A stretch of 64,000 nucleotides of DNA. Origin: Takakia lepidozioides. Lineage: Eukaryota > Plantae > Bryophyta. The DNA is taken from contig CM060734.1 in assembly GCA_030704615.1 (NCBI GenBank), forward strand, positions 10,540,001 to 10,604,000, written 5' to 3'. Below the pieces are notes generated by a model that ran no database searches, was not told the DNA's origin, and was given only the letters and a program-made list of their open reading frames with translations. A program made the position numbers and the translations under genes. Shown here piece by piece: positions 50,233 through 63,292 of the stretch; position 1 is the first letter of the stretch, and every line of letters begins with the position of its first letter.

Positions 50233-53200
50233 TTTACCCCTCCCCCTCTCAAAAAGCCGTGTCTTCACGGTTTACTGTTTGGGATTAGCAAACCTTTTTG
50301 AGCGAGCACCCTTCTGACGTGTGAGAGTCTCGTGAAGGACTCCGTGTGCGAGCCCGAATCTTGTCACTGGTTGATGGAGATGATTGAGCACTACCTGGAA
50401 ATGTCAAACCCTCCTTTAGCTGATAACGAGGTAACCTCTCAGGCATAGGAGATCCCCGTCGTTTCTTCTCTGCCATCTGAATTGCATAGTCCTCTGCCAT
50501 GTCAAAAGAGTCCGCTGAAGAAACAGTAGTATCAGAATCCTCGTCGCCCCTCAGGTGTTTTAACGGCCGAACTTTAAGTGGAATCTTGTGTGGCATACAA
50601 TGTTGTCCAACCATATCTGGAAGTTTAAATTGCACAACTTGTTGTAAGCGCTGGCACGCAAAATTAGTGAACGTCCTGAACTCCTTATCTGTATAGGTAA
50701 GAGGTGTGCCAATGACTTGGGAACAGTGCAAGTATTTCCATGCCTCATGTCCCTTAAAGAAAATATCGTCAGGGCCGAATTTCTGTGTTGTCAAATGGTT
50801 CCAAGCCGAATGAAACCATGAACGAAGTTGGGAATCCTTCTGCATCATAACTTTTGCATCATATAGGTACATATGAGGTGGCACTAAAGGTAAGACCCAA
50901 TGATCCCCACTGGAATAACTCAGAAATTGCGATTGCATCTTCTGCTGCTCAATGTGATAACGTGCTAGAAAACAAGCAGCATAGTATAATCCACAGCCCA
51001 TGACAATACTTGATACCTCCTTGGTTTTGGTATAAATGTACCCATGTACAACTTGGAAGGCAATTAATTCCTTCAACATGGTACCTGCTTCAGACCAGTA
51101 CCTCGCAAAGTGATGATCCTCAATGGGTCGATTGTTCGGAAGAATCTTAGTTCTAGTCGCCACTGGCAGCCAAATGCGCATGATCTAGTAGTAATGAGCC
51201 AACGATTGTGGCGGACTAAATTCCTTCCAAGCCAAATCTAGCACAATGGGAATTTGGTTGAAGGGCATAATCATAGCCCGAGTGTACTCTCGTGCAACAA
51301 GAGTCTTAGGTGGGTTAAAAGCAGCATCCCCCCATACCTCAGGATGTGGTGTGGCTGTAGTAACAACAGGGTCAGCTACCTGCACAGTCACTTGTTGTGG
51401 TATTGGTACCACTGGCCCTTCTACCACTGGCATCTCCTGCACCCCTTGCGTAGAAGACAGAGTTCTAGCCTGTAAATAAGTAGCCATCAGCTGCTCCTCA
51501 GGTACAAAGACTCTCTTGTCAATATTTGAACTCAGGTCATCCACCTGAGTCTGCAGGCCTTCTACATCCTCCTGTAACTCCGCTATTCTACTATAGACAT
51601 TGTCTATAGTAGTTGTGGCAATGTTCTGCACCTGCAGTCTGAGCTCATTCATCTCGCCCTGGGTGAGCTTCCGTGGTGCTTTGCCTTCCACCGGCCCTTG
51701 TGCTAACCAGACCTGCATAAGATGGTTATCCACCAAGTCGTGTGTGGCACCCCTGAGAGTCTGCTCCTCGGTGAGCCTGTACACATCTAACTGCTGCTGT
51801 AAAGCCTCCATGCGCTTCGCATGAGGTTCAACGAAACTCGCATAGGCAGCAGCCAGATTATTGGCTTCCTTCCAAGCCTTGTTGGCCACAGAGAGTTCAT
51901 TTCTATTGACCATGACTGTTTGTTGCAACTCCAGGATGTACCTCTCTTGGTCAGCCTCAACCTGTCTGTATTGCTTGAAAGTATTCTCATTGCGACAGAT
52001 TGTATTCTTCATATCAACAATGAGTTTCGTCTGCTCGATTATCTCTGCCTCTGCCTTCATACATCTCTCCCCTTGTCTGTTAACTTCTAATGCAGTTTGC
52101 TCAAGAGTAGTTGTGAGTGTAGCACATTGTATGGTCATCCTCTCATGTACTGCCTGCAACTCCGTATGTAGTGCATTCACTTCTTGCAACTTGCCCTCCT
52201 GCTTCACCTGCATTTGGTATAACTGTTGTTTATGTGCTTCATGCAACTGGTCTTGCTCGAGGCCGGCTTCAATCAGGTGTCTCTTGGCCAACTGCAAAGC
52301 AGCCTTTGTGTCCTCTAACTCTTGTTGTAACTTGAGATTGACCTCCTCATCTACCTTGTTAGCACACTCAGTGGCAAGTCGAGCCTCAAACTCCTTCATG
52401 AGTTCCTCCTTCAAAGCTGCCAATTGGGTAGATGGAACATGGGATTTCACATAAGTGCCCAACAAATTAAGTGTTCTGCTTATGGAACTCATAAGCATGG
52501 CCTGCTGAGGGTCATCATGATGAGCTTGCTGCTGTTCTTCCTGATCCTCGACAGTGTGATGCCTCACCAACCATTCAGGCCATTGCCCCACCAGATTTTC
52601 TTCCTGAACCACCTCATCCGCCACAGATGCTGCAGTGTCTTGATATTCTACCCCTGGTACCTCCGTCACAGGTGTGGGTATCACATGCATAGCAGGGTTT
52701 TCCCTGTACAACCGCTGCACCTCTGGAATCACTGATTCCCTTACCAAACCAGAGTTTTCATAGAGAAGGTCACCCTTCTCAATTTCAGCCACGACCTGCT
52801 CTGTAGTGGGAATGTCCAACCTTTCTCCTTCCAGAGCAATTGGGGGTGATGTCACAGCATGTGCAAACTGTGGAACCTCTAAAACAACTGAGTCAATTGG
52901 TTGTGGTGGCTGTGGTATTGAAGTGACTTCATCTTCCCTTTCCGAAGGCTGTGCTTCCAATAATAACAGCTCTGTGTGCGGCTGTGCCCCATCTTGCACA
53001 AGAGCTTGGGAAACATTATCGTGCAGTTTCCGTGAAGCCAGTGGATCCGCCACTACAGTCATACCCCGCCTCTGTCTCTTTAGACTGGTGTTGCCCTGCC
53101 AGTCCACCCTGGGGGCTGCTATTTCATGAGCGGCATGAGCATGAGCGGGAAAAAAAAAACATGAGTAGACCATTGTGTGTCCACGGAAAATGGGGTTAGG

Positions 53201-53331
53201 AGGCACGAAAATAGGGTCATGTGAAGTTGGAATGTGGCACCAGTGGACTTGAAATGCAACATTTTATTGCAAATTTTGTGGCAAGCCACGTCTATACAAG
53301 TGTGTTCTAACTGTCATAGCCGGAATGGGCA

Positions 53332-53787
53332 CTACTCTCCTACACCCTCCGAGGAACTTGCCCCACCTTCTTCCTCATCCCCCTCATCCCCCTCATCCTC
53401 CGAGCTCTGTGATGCATCAGTTCCACTATGCCTCTCAAAAATCCCGTCCTCTTGGGGGACTGTCCACCTCACCTCCTGGGAATCTTCTGCATCTTCTCCC
53501 CCACTTTCCTCAGCTGAACCCAAGACAAATCTACGAGCCTGACGGGCTCTAATAGCTGCTGCCTCCTCCCTCATCTTTATTTTCTTGAGGCTTGCCTCGT
53601 CTAAAATCTGCTGTACACGACTAGGTTCGGAACACCTCCTAATGGACACCGAAGCAAGCCGGGCAACATAAGTAGGAAGGATGTAGTTCCTTTCTGGACT
53701 AGGCACGAAATCCCCCCTGGCAAAAAAATGCACGTTCCTCCTGCCCATGAACTGCGCTGTAGACATCCCTCCTACAGTACTTAGCAT
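53332..53787 (-). CDS. Small hypothetical protein or last exon with acidic tail inside MULE-B
   Basis: 151 open codons (MLSTVGGMS...EDEGDEGDEEEGG); no known domain. Confidence 0.4.
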   Translation of the reverse strand: MLSTVGGMSTAQFMGRRNVHFFARGDFVPSPERNYILPTYVARLASVSIRRCSEPSRVQQILDEASLKKIKMREEAAAIRARQARRFVLGSAEESGGEDAEDSQEVRWTVPQEDGIFERHSGTDASQSSEDEGDEGDEEEGGASSSEGVGE

Positions 53788-53934
53788 CCTACAGTAAGAA
53801 CAAATCCACTTGAAGAATGTCAATACCAGCAGAAGCAGAAACGGTCTTTCAATGAAATAAAAGAGCGAGGGGAGGTGCCTCACAAAATCAGGAGGCAACT
53901 TACAATGCGACCACTCACTCGTAAACCATTTTCG

Positions 53935-54980
53935 GCACCATTTTCCTAGGTTGGGCCCGAAAATGGCTGAGTCCCAGAACTGACTGGGCGCGGAACTAGA
54001 AAAATGGCGCCGAATTTCCGGTTGCGGTTCCAGCCACCCTAGGGACTTAGCCATTTTCGAGGCCCTGAACTGGAAAAATGGCGCCATTTTCCATTTCGGG
54101 GCTGAAAATGGCTAAGTCCCAGATCTGACTGGGCCCGGAACTGGAAAAATGGCGCCGAATTTCCGATTTTGCTGCCAACCACCCTAGGGACTTAGCCATT
54201 TTTGGGCCCGAACTGGAAAAATGGCGCCATTTTTCCAGTTCGGGCCCAAAAATGGCTAAGTCCCAGATCTGACAGGGCGCGGAACTGGAAAAATGGCGCT
54301 GAATTTCCAGTTGCGGTTCCAGCCACCCTAGGGACTTAGCCATTTTCAGGGCCTTGAACTAGAAAAATGGCGCCATTTTTCCATTTCGGGGCCGAAAATG
54401 GCTAAGTCTCAGATCTGACTGGGCCCGGAATTGGAAAAATGGCGCCGAATTTCCGATTTTGGTGCCAGTCAGATTTGGGACTTAGCCATTTTCGGGCCCG
54501 AACTGGAAAAATGGCGTTTTTTTTTTTTTTTTTTTTTTTTTCCGGCGCCATTTTTCCAGTTCGGGGCCGAAAATGGCTAAGTCCCAGATCTGATTGGGCC
54601 CGGAACTGGAAAAATGGCGCCGAATTTCCGATTTTGCTGCCAGCCACCCTAGGGACTTAGCCATTTTCGGCCCCGAATTGGAAAAATGGCGCCATTTTTC
54701 CAGTTCGGGGCCGAAAATGGCTAAGTCCCAGATCTGATAGGGCGCAGAACTGGAAAAATGGTGCCGAATTTCCAGTTGCGGTTCCAGCCACCCTAGGGAC
54801 TTAGCCATTTTCGGAGCCCTGAACTGGAAAAATGGCGCCATTTTTCCATTTCGGGGCTGAAAATGGCTAAGTCCCAGATCTGACTGGGCCCAGAACTGGA
54901 AAAATGGCGCCGAATTTCCGATTTTGGTGCCAGTAAGATCTGGGACTTAGCCATTTTCGGCCCCGAATTGGAAAAATGGC

Positions 54981-55039
<59 letters not shown>

Positions 55040-55125
55040 CCGGCGCCATTTTTCCAGTTCGGGGCCGAAAATGGCTAAGTACCAGATCTTACTGGCACCA
55101 AAATCGGAAATTCGGCGCCATTTTT
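53935..55125. repeat. Complex direct/inverted repeat array of GGAAAAATGGCGCC and GGGACTTAGCCATTTT modules with two poly-T tracts
   Basis: Modules recur many times in alternating orientation; the same modules occur at 45325-45565 and 55610-56020. Confidence 0.9.
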
Positions 55126-55365
55126 TCTGTCATGCAGGTAATTCGAAGAGCGGATGGATGGAAATCCGGCGTCGGATTTCCATCCTCCAGGTAAGTCGGC
55201 GCTGCAAATTTATGTCATACATGCCTTCCCGCAGACGTCGACGGTAATATCTTCTTTGAGTTCCCTCCTCGGGCGGCCTTGCGAGAGGGCCTTCGGGACA
55301 CGTCATTGCTTCGAAGAGGCCAACATTTGGAATGAGATGTTCATATCCGTCCAGTGAGACGAAGA

Positions 55366-55445
55366 CTAAGGAGGAGTTTGTGCAGCTCGTTCACGCTCAA
55401 CGCATCGGCGTTGAGCGTGAACGAGCTGCACAAACTCCTCCTTAG
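55366..55445. repeat. Perfect 38-bp inverted repeat, 4-nt loop
   Basis: CTAAGGAGG...CTCAACGC-ATCG-GCGTTGAG...CCTCCTTAG. Confidence 0.95.
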
Positions 55446-58075
55446 GGATTCCAGAAATCATTGATGGGGCAAAGGGAATCCTCCATATGGATGTTTTCAA
55501 TTGCATTTTCATGTATCAGACTTTTTTTTGCAGTGTAATGAAATGCACCCCAAAACTCCTGGAATGAGGCAATATTCCATTCAAACTGAGATCCAACAAA
55601 AGCAGTTGTGGGGCCATTTCTGGAAAAAAGGCGCCGAATTTCTCTATTTTGGGCCGAAAACTGGCTAAGTCCCAACATGCACTGGTCTGGATATGTCTGG
55701 AAAAATGGCGCCGAATTTCCCTATTTTGGGCCGAAAACTGGCTAAGTCCGAACATGCACGGGAATGATGTCTGGAAAAATGGCGCCGAATTTCCAGTTAC
55801 ATGATCCAGAACTGCCCAACATCCGTGCGATCCCCGGCACACCATGTACCGAAATTCGGCGCCACATTTCCAAATTTTGGGCTTACACACCTGTCATGAG
55901 GGGACCGATAGCCGCGGAATTCGGCACCATTTTTCGCCAGAGAGACCTATTACCGCGAAATACGTCGCGGATTTTTCCGGTTATGGACCCTATTACCGCA
56001 AAATTCGGCGCCATTTTTGCACATGTCGCTGGGAATTGGCATGAGCGGAAGACGAAATATCATGAGCACAACTCTCAAAACTACAATTTTCCCTTCAAGG
56101 TGCCGAATAATATATTTGTTTTTTCTGACACATTGCATTAAATTAATGTTTTATAATGTTTTTTATTTTCGAAATTTGTACTTCTGCTCATGAAAACCGA
56201 TTGTCTTGCTACTCCGCTCATGCCGCTCATGCTCATGAAATAGCTAACCTCGTCCACCCTCACTGTGTGAAGAGCCTTGCTCTTCAATTGCAGTGGTTTC
56301 TGCCTCAAACACTCCCATCTCCTTACGTTCCCGAGTATCAAGTATGCAAGAATCAAGAATTATTTGGGCAATGACTGGACAGGACACAATGATCGGAGAC
56401 TTAGCAGCAGTGCCCTGTAACCTCTTCATCTCGTCCACCAATCCATTGTACATTAACTCCGCCCAAGCGACATCCTCTCCCCTCAAAGCCTTCAGGATCT
56501 CCTCTGTGAATGACATGCTCAAATACTGTTGGTTCTGTTTCATGGCAAACAGAACGTTCAATATTTGGCCAACTTCCCTAAGCCCTGGGTACTCGGTTGT
56601 GGTACAAGCGTAACCTTGAGTTTTAAAGAAACTCCCTTCTTGGAACAAAATCCCTATCTGCAATCTTGCCCTATGCTCATCCACATCCACATGTCCTGAT
56701 GGCAAATCAAACAATTGCTACAGGTACTGGAGAGTAATTTCTATATCTACTCCCCTCACCTGAGTAACTCCTGTCCGAGGCTCAAAGTTCTGAAGAAATT
56801 GTATCATGAACTGCCGATGATGCAAGGACCAGTCCTTGCGTAACAGCCCCTCCAATCGCAACTCCCTTAGCAGCTGTACTGCCTGCGGTGCCGCAATTGT
56901 TTGCTTCTACAGTATCGTGGTGCTCTTCACCCTGATATCCTCCATTCCCCTCACTCTCTTGGAATTGCCACGTGGCACAATGGGGGAGGTCTTACAATCA
57001 TTAACCCGACTACAAGGAAATGAATTTTGAGCACGTGACATCATATCAGTCGTTTAATTTTGAATTGGTATAGTATTTAGGCTCATTTCCATGTCTATGC
57101 TAGTAGTGTAGCGTGCAACGTGTTTGCCCACGGAAAATGTACGTGTCACTATGTATTATGAGGTTGTCCAATCATGACTGTGACTAGAAACAAACATTTG
57201 GTTTGTACATGTGGCATCACACATGCAGTTTACATTAATCTATTTTATTAATTTGAAACTCATAACTTATCGACAGTTGTCAAGTAATTGCGAGTTTACA
57301 TTGTATTTTCGAATATGAAGGAGGCGATTATGGCTATTATTTGTGCGTTGTGTGATTTGGATAACGATGTAGTTGTGCAACGATGTATGCGCACGATAGT
57401 CGTCAAGCTATTTAAATATTAGTGTGAATATAGCTAAATAATACTTAACTAATTTGATGAATACAAAGCCCCCAATTGAATTTATGACTAATATTTGTGT
57501 GTTGTGTGGTTTGGACAACCATGTAGTTGTGTAGCAATATGTATGCACACAGCAAAACTTTAGACTAGTAGGTAAGGGAATATCAAAGGATATTCTCAGC
57601 TTAAGGGGGAAATCCTCATGGAGCATTTATGATGGCTAATGTGAGACCCTGGAGGAGACAGAGGCCTATCCTTGAAGAGCAAGGCACAAATAGAGACCTA
57701 TAATAAGACCTATGTTTTTGGTCAACAGTTGCTTGGGCCTGGTCACTACGACCTCTTCACTTGAACACAAAAGAGGATTGAACTTAAAGAATACTCCCTA
57801 GGAATTGGCAATTAGAGGATTTTAGAGGATTTTAGACTGGGTGGTTATGTTGCTCATACATTGTTCATGGAGGGACTGATTTACTTTCATGAGACTGGAC
57901 TGTGACATCTTGAGTCCATTAATCTGACGGTGCTGACTCTATAAAATTCCTTCACCAAATCCCTCCGCTGATTAATTTGAATGCAAACATGGAGAATAAT
58001 GCAGACTATACATACCCCTGTACCATGGATGGTGGTTGACATGGGGCTGTTTGTCGGGAGTCCCGGACTTGAGCT

Positions 58076-58897
58076 TCAGAGTACTCTTGGGGTTCGTGTA
58101 ATTAATCGTGTTGGACATTGGCATACCACTTGAGATCGGAAAGCAGTCTGGAGCATAGCAACTGCATAACAAATAGTGAAGAGAGCTCCATACAAGTGAT
58201 GCGAGATCTTTTTATCAGAAAGAGAGAAGGAGATAACCAAGGCTGGGGGAAAGGGGGGGGTGTGCTCCATGTAGATTAAAGGACGTTGAGGAGGCTGGGG
58301 ACGGAGGTGAAGTCGCCTCTGCTGCCTATGCCGGGGCACCGGGGTGATAAAGTTAGTCAATTTCTTGACCTCGTTTGCTGGGAACAGGGTATACGCTAGG
58401 GGCACATTTGAAGCTTCCGGGCTGGTGACCCTTCTGATTTGAGGCCCGATCATTCGGACCTCCCTGGTACCAAACACAGTAGTCTCCAAGCAAGCTGCAC
58501 CGTGATACGACAAAGTGGTGGCTACAACGATTCGCCAAAAGGGAAACATCCCGTGAAACTGCTTGTGGGTGGAGTCCTTCGAGTAACGCTCCAGCAAGAT
58601 CAAGGGGAGTTTAGAGGTGAGACCAATGGGGTAGCTGTGCGGGGGAGAACCACCTTGGTCGTTATTGAGCGATGACAGGGGCTGAGAGCCAGAACAGGTT
58701 AGCATCGTGAAATGCGCAGCTTCAATGAGTTCATGCACATTAGGACCCAACCTCTCCATTGTCTTCATTGTCTTCATTCTTTTGTACAAAATCTGACAAG
58801 TAGTATCTATCTCTTCTTGCCCTGTCAGGAAAGGGAGAGCTTCCCCTTTAGGCTCCTTTAAATGAATGTGCCTCACTGTAAAAAGAGTTGCATCCAA
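58076..58897 (-). CDS. Hypothetical ORF (273 codons)
   Basis: Long open frame in a GC-richer island; no recognisable motif. Confidence 0.25.
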   Translation of the reverse strand: MDATLFTVRHIHLKEPKGEALPFLTGQEEIDTTCQILYKRMKTMKTMERLGPNVHELIEAAHFTMLTCSGSQPLSSLNNDQGGSPPHSYPIGLTSKLPLILLERYSKDSTHKQFHGMFPFWRIVVATTLSYHGAACLETTVFGTREVRMIGPQIRRVTSPEASNVPLAYTLFPANEVKKLTNFITPVPRHRQQRRLHLRPQPPQRPLIYMEHTPPFPPALVISFSLSDKKISHHLYGALFTICYAVAMLQTAFRSQVVCQCPTRLITRTPRVL

Positions 58898-59209
58898 ATA
58901 GTTTGTCGCAGGCTGTTTCGTGCCAAATTTCTTGACGGGGTAAGTTCGTCCATATATCGCTAAGATAGGGCAACGGGGTAAGTTGGGATTCCGCCCTACG
59001 AAGGTTGTATGACCTAGACAAGTCCGAGAGGTTCACATTAGTCAGGGCAGTACATCGGTTCATGAGCCATCCACTCTATTGGTTTGAGCCCCGAGACTAC
59101 TATAAGATGAAGTAGACCATAGTCTCATAGATATTAGATTTGTGGCCGTACAATTGTTCATTTGTAAAGACAAGAGTCAATTTTGATTGTGCATGTAATA
59201 AATAAAGTC

Positions 59210-59748
59210 CCATTGTAAATACTACATTGCATATGCTCGACCCTTGTACCTGTCATCACAACAGGAATGGTTTGTGTACTGTCTCATTGTTTATATTTGT
59301 AATGTTCCAATGTTTCTAATAGGGTACTGAGAAAACGTTGTATGTTAATAAAAATTACAATAGGTCCGGAAGAGTTAGACAACAAACATTTCACATCTCA
59401 TTCAGATGTGCGACGCTACCATGAGAGGCATGTATCCATGAGTAATAGATGTACATGCAACCTCCGAACGTTCGATACTAGGTCTAGCGAGTGGTTTACT
59501 TGAACGTCCGGAGGTCGCATGTACACCTGTTACTTATGGATCCATGTCTTTCATGGTAGCGTCGCACATCTGAAATGAGATGTGAAACACTTGTTGTCTA
59601 ACTCTTATAGACCCATACCACGTTATCTCAGTACCCTACCAGAAACATTGGAACAGTGGAACATACAAATAGTGACACAGTACACAGGCCGATTTTGTTG
59701 AAATGACATCTGTGAGGCTCGAGCGTATGCAATTTATTATTTACATGG
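59210..59748. repeat. Long imperfect inverted repeat (foldback), arms ~260 bp
   Basis: For example CAGATGTGCGACGCTACCATGA (59402) pairs with TCATGGTAGCGTCGCACATCTG (59551); loop ~59474-59500. Confidence 0.88.
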
Positions 59749-59927
59749 AAATAGCAAAAAAAAACCTATAGAAATCAGCTACATGAACATCGGCAGTATC
59801 AAACACCTTGCAGTACATATGATTCTTGAGATTGTTTGTACAGATTATTTGTGTTTGATGTTGTGCAGTGTGATCTATCGAACGATGTTACGACAGGTGT
59901 TGCAACGACTGACTGCTCAGTTGGAAC

Positions 59928-60979
59928 TTTGAAAATGACATGCAATCTTTTGGATTGGGAACGGTTTGTTCACCATGTTAACAAAATTATCGCGATAGAC
60001 CCATGAGCGCTCCAACAGACCTGGGTGCATAACGATATCTGTAAGGCTCAAAATTCATTCAAGGGGCGATCAAATCGTTGAAAGGTTCATCATCCAAATG
60101 TTTTTGCCTTCTTCTCAAACCGTCACTTGAAGCACTTCTGATTGATCTCGTAGGGGTGGCCTAGGAATCTTATGGCAGCTCTTCATGGGCGAGCTGTCGC
60201 CTCGCCACTTTGTGACAGGCGACCGCTGGGAAGCTATAAACAGAGTAGTCGGGTTTGGGAGGAGTTATGGGCTGTTATTTGAAGTGATGTCTGCGGAGCT
60301 CGGGCAAGTATATGTGAGGCCATGCTTTGAACCGACGGCTGCTTGCTTGCACATTTACAGTGTGGGAGGAACTTGTAGAAATTTTATCGATAGTATTTAG
60401 TTACCTCTGCATGTACATGGATATAATGTTAGCCAAAGATAAAGCAACACTCCTCCATAGAGACTGAGGCAATCGATCGTTGGCAATGTTATCATGTCTT
60501 GCACTTCTTGCCACTGATCAAGCAACAAGCATGGAACATACATTATATCCATGTACATGCAGAGGTAACTGTATAATTTCAATAAAATGTCTACAAGTTC
60601 CTCCCACACTGTAAATGTGCAGGTGAGCAGCCGTTGGTTCAAAGCATGGCCTCACATATACTTGCCCAAGCTCCGCAGACACCACTTCAAATACAGCCTA
60701 CAACTCCTCTGTTTATGGCTTCCCAGCGGTCGCCCGTCACAAAGTGGCGAGCCGACTGGTCGTCCATGAAGACTCTCTATAACCTTCATAGGCCACCCCT
60801 ACGAGATCAATCAGAAGTGTTTTAAGTGACAAACGAATGGTGACTCGTCCAACGATGAACAAATGGTTCCTCATGACGAATGAATGGTTCCTCAAAGGGC
60901 GAATGGCCCTATCGCGATAAATTGGTTTCCACAACGAACAAACCGTTCCCCATCCAAATGATTTTATGTTGTTTTCAAA
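59928..60979. repeat. Second long imperfect inverted repeat, arms ~450-500 bp
   Basis: For example GGGCAAGTATATGTGAGGCCATGCTTTGAACC pairs with GGTTCAAAGCATGGCCTCACATATACTTGCCC; loop ~60431-60535. Confidence 0.88.
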
Positions 60980-62835
60980 CTTTGGTGTTATGTTCTACAT
61001 ATGATATGACAGGTCTTGGACAAGTACGAGATCAATCAGAAATGCTTCAAGTGGCGAACATTACCGCCATAGTGTGGAAGAGGTGCATTGGCCACATTAA
61101 ACGGTTGATGTGATACATTTTCACAAATGTGATGTGATACATTTGTGAAAATTTGTCATGGAATTTTGTGTTATCTAATACTTGATCATGTAATCTTTAT
61201 GGTTAAATTACACTGATATTAGCATTGTGATTTTTGCTTGCAGAGTATATAGATGTCCATATGTGGATGTCCATACACCAAAGCCATCAAAATCATTTGG
61301 TCAAGATTTGGTCCACTACATTTTTGGAGGCTGCAATATGGACTCATTTTCATTGTACAGACTCATTATCTATCATAATATGTGGGTTAAGGTAATGTTT
61401 AAATGACATTCCTGAGCGAATTGATCTTCTATGAGACATTCTTCAAATCATGTTTATAAGTGAGCCAAGGGTCGGGAGGGTGCTACTATGCAAGTCAATT
61501 CAATTGTGTAAAGTATGACGCCTCCCGAAGGGAGCGTAACTTATGGTGTCACTTCACCACAAGGGCTACTGCCTTCCAGCTGAAAGGTGGACACCTTCAA
61601 CAATTGTGTAAATCATATGTTGGGTAATTAAAGGTGTTGTCTTTGGGTCACTATAAGCTAAACCCTGGTGGGTGCCAACCCCGCTTTGGGAGGGTTTGAT
61701 TCCATGGACTGCACTCCCACAACTCATTTATCTAGACACGAGATCTCTAAATTTCTTTCCACTGAGGCATAGCCTCAGTACAGGTAACCACCTCGTCTCA
61801 TCTCTATTTTTCTTGCTCGATTCGCCTTCGTGTACATCCCATGACTTCTCATCTATGATGTGGATTCTTGAATTCCCTACATATCCACTGCTTATCAAGC
61901 CTGATGCTTTTAACCACACTCGATTGGAAAGGTCTCTTGATTCTGTTAGATCATGCCCACCTCCACCTTATCACACATGGCCTTCTCACATACGAACTCT
62001 TTGCTCCAACCTTTTATTTACTATCCCTTCAGTGTTAGACATTGTTTGATTAACTTACACTTCTCCTCTCAATTATATGATACTGCTCCACTTCTTGGTT
62101 CTATTCCTAATATACACTTTCCATTAAGTGTTCCTTGTTCTAACCCCCACTTCCTTCTTACAGACTCTCTCCCAAGCGAAGACCATTCAGCATTCTCATG
62201 CTCTTTTTCACAAGCTACTCGGATATATTGGCTCTCTTTCATTCAAACAATCTTACACATATGCTACTCTCCCCAATTGATTTTACATAGTGATTTTCAA
62301 TCTCTGTTTTAATCCAATGACTTTCACAAAATTCATCTATGCTATTTCTCGAACATTTGCCACTCAGTACATTACCAGTCTCTTTTACAAGATACTCGGA
62401 ACTACTGGCTACCTCGGGAAAATGCTACCTCACTTTTTTTGCTACCCACATCATTTACTATCACTCTAGGATTTATTCATTTAGTATCACTCAGTACACT
62501 ACCACTTTTTTTACAAGATATTCGAAACTACTGGTTACCGTGGGGAAATGCTACCTCACTTTACTTGAGATGTCCCAAACCGTGGGGCCCCAGCCCTGGT
62601 GCTTGGTACCGTTGGAAAGCCCTCGATGAGGAGGGGTGCACCGGCTTGGTCTGATGATTTTTGGACCGGTGGTGTGGGAGATATGGAATTTCAAGTACTT
62701 TTGGTCGTTGGAAATTTGTGAAAAATAGCAAAAGGGGCTTTCCTGCAACAATGATTGGAGCCTCGACATTAGATATATCAATAATGATTGGATATATTAC
62801 CTCTCAATAAATTCATGGAAAACATTTGGGTCTTG

Positions 62836-63292
62836 ACATGGGAGACGTACTTGGATACATAGGATACAATGGGCTTAGATGGGCCTCGACATAGGAGACG
62901 CACATGAGAGACGCCCTTGGATACATAGGAGACGCACTTGGATACATAGGAGATTGCACTTGGGCTTAGATGACACTGGGCACTTGGGCCTCTACATGGG
63001 AGATGCACTTGGATACATACAAGATTGCATTTGGGCTTAGATAGGCCTCGACATAGGAGACGAACTGGGATACATAGGAAATTCCACTTGGTCTTATCTA
63101 TTTCAATTGATCTTCATACATGGACCAAACGACACAGGCTACCCTAGAGGTCGCATTTGGGCCTCGACATAGGAGACGCACTTGGATACATATGGGATTG
63201 CACTTGGACTTAGATGACACTGGAAACTTGGGCCAACGGCACAGCCTACCCTAGAGGTCGCATGTGGGCCTCGACATATGATACGCACTTGG
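62836..63292. repeat. Degenerate tandem repeat (GGATACATAGGAGACGCACTT / GGGCCTCGACATAGG units)
   Basis: Units recur about ten times. Confidence 0.75.

Larger units (their letters stand above)
53111..56251 (+). mobile_element. Non-autonomous, internally deleted MULE-B
   Basis: Perfect 9-bp TSD GTCCACCCT (53102-53110, 56252-56260). Imperfect TIRs GGGGGCTGCTATTTCATGAGC / GAGGTTAGCTATTTCATGAGC. Transposase scraps at ~55130-55465. Confidence 0.92.
49350..56960 (-). mobile_element. Second copy of the extra-ORF gypsy family (3' LTR and ORF3 only within the window)
   Basis: LTR, PPT (50237-50250) and ORF3 are homologous to 9901-32093. Homology stops at 56960, at the ORF3 start. Confidence 0.85.
50285..56960 (-). 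pseudogene. Gypsy ORF3 (coiled-coil protein), split by the insertion at 53111-56251
   Basis: ORFs 56244-56714, 51185-53206 and 50285-51181 join into one protein collinear with the first copy. Confidence 0.82.

Noticed and set aside
54047-55194. Poly-K/poly-F and repeated MAPFFQF ORFs
   Set aside because: These are translations of the repeat array and poly-T tracts; tract lengths may be sequencing artefacts.
45092-56251. One 11-kb element with ~750-bp TIRs
   Set aside because: The perfect TSD GTCCACCCT pairs 56251 with 53111. The inverted similarity is the same terminus of two oppositely oriented MULE-B copies.
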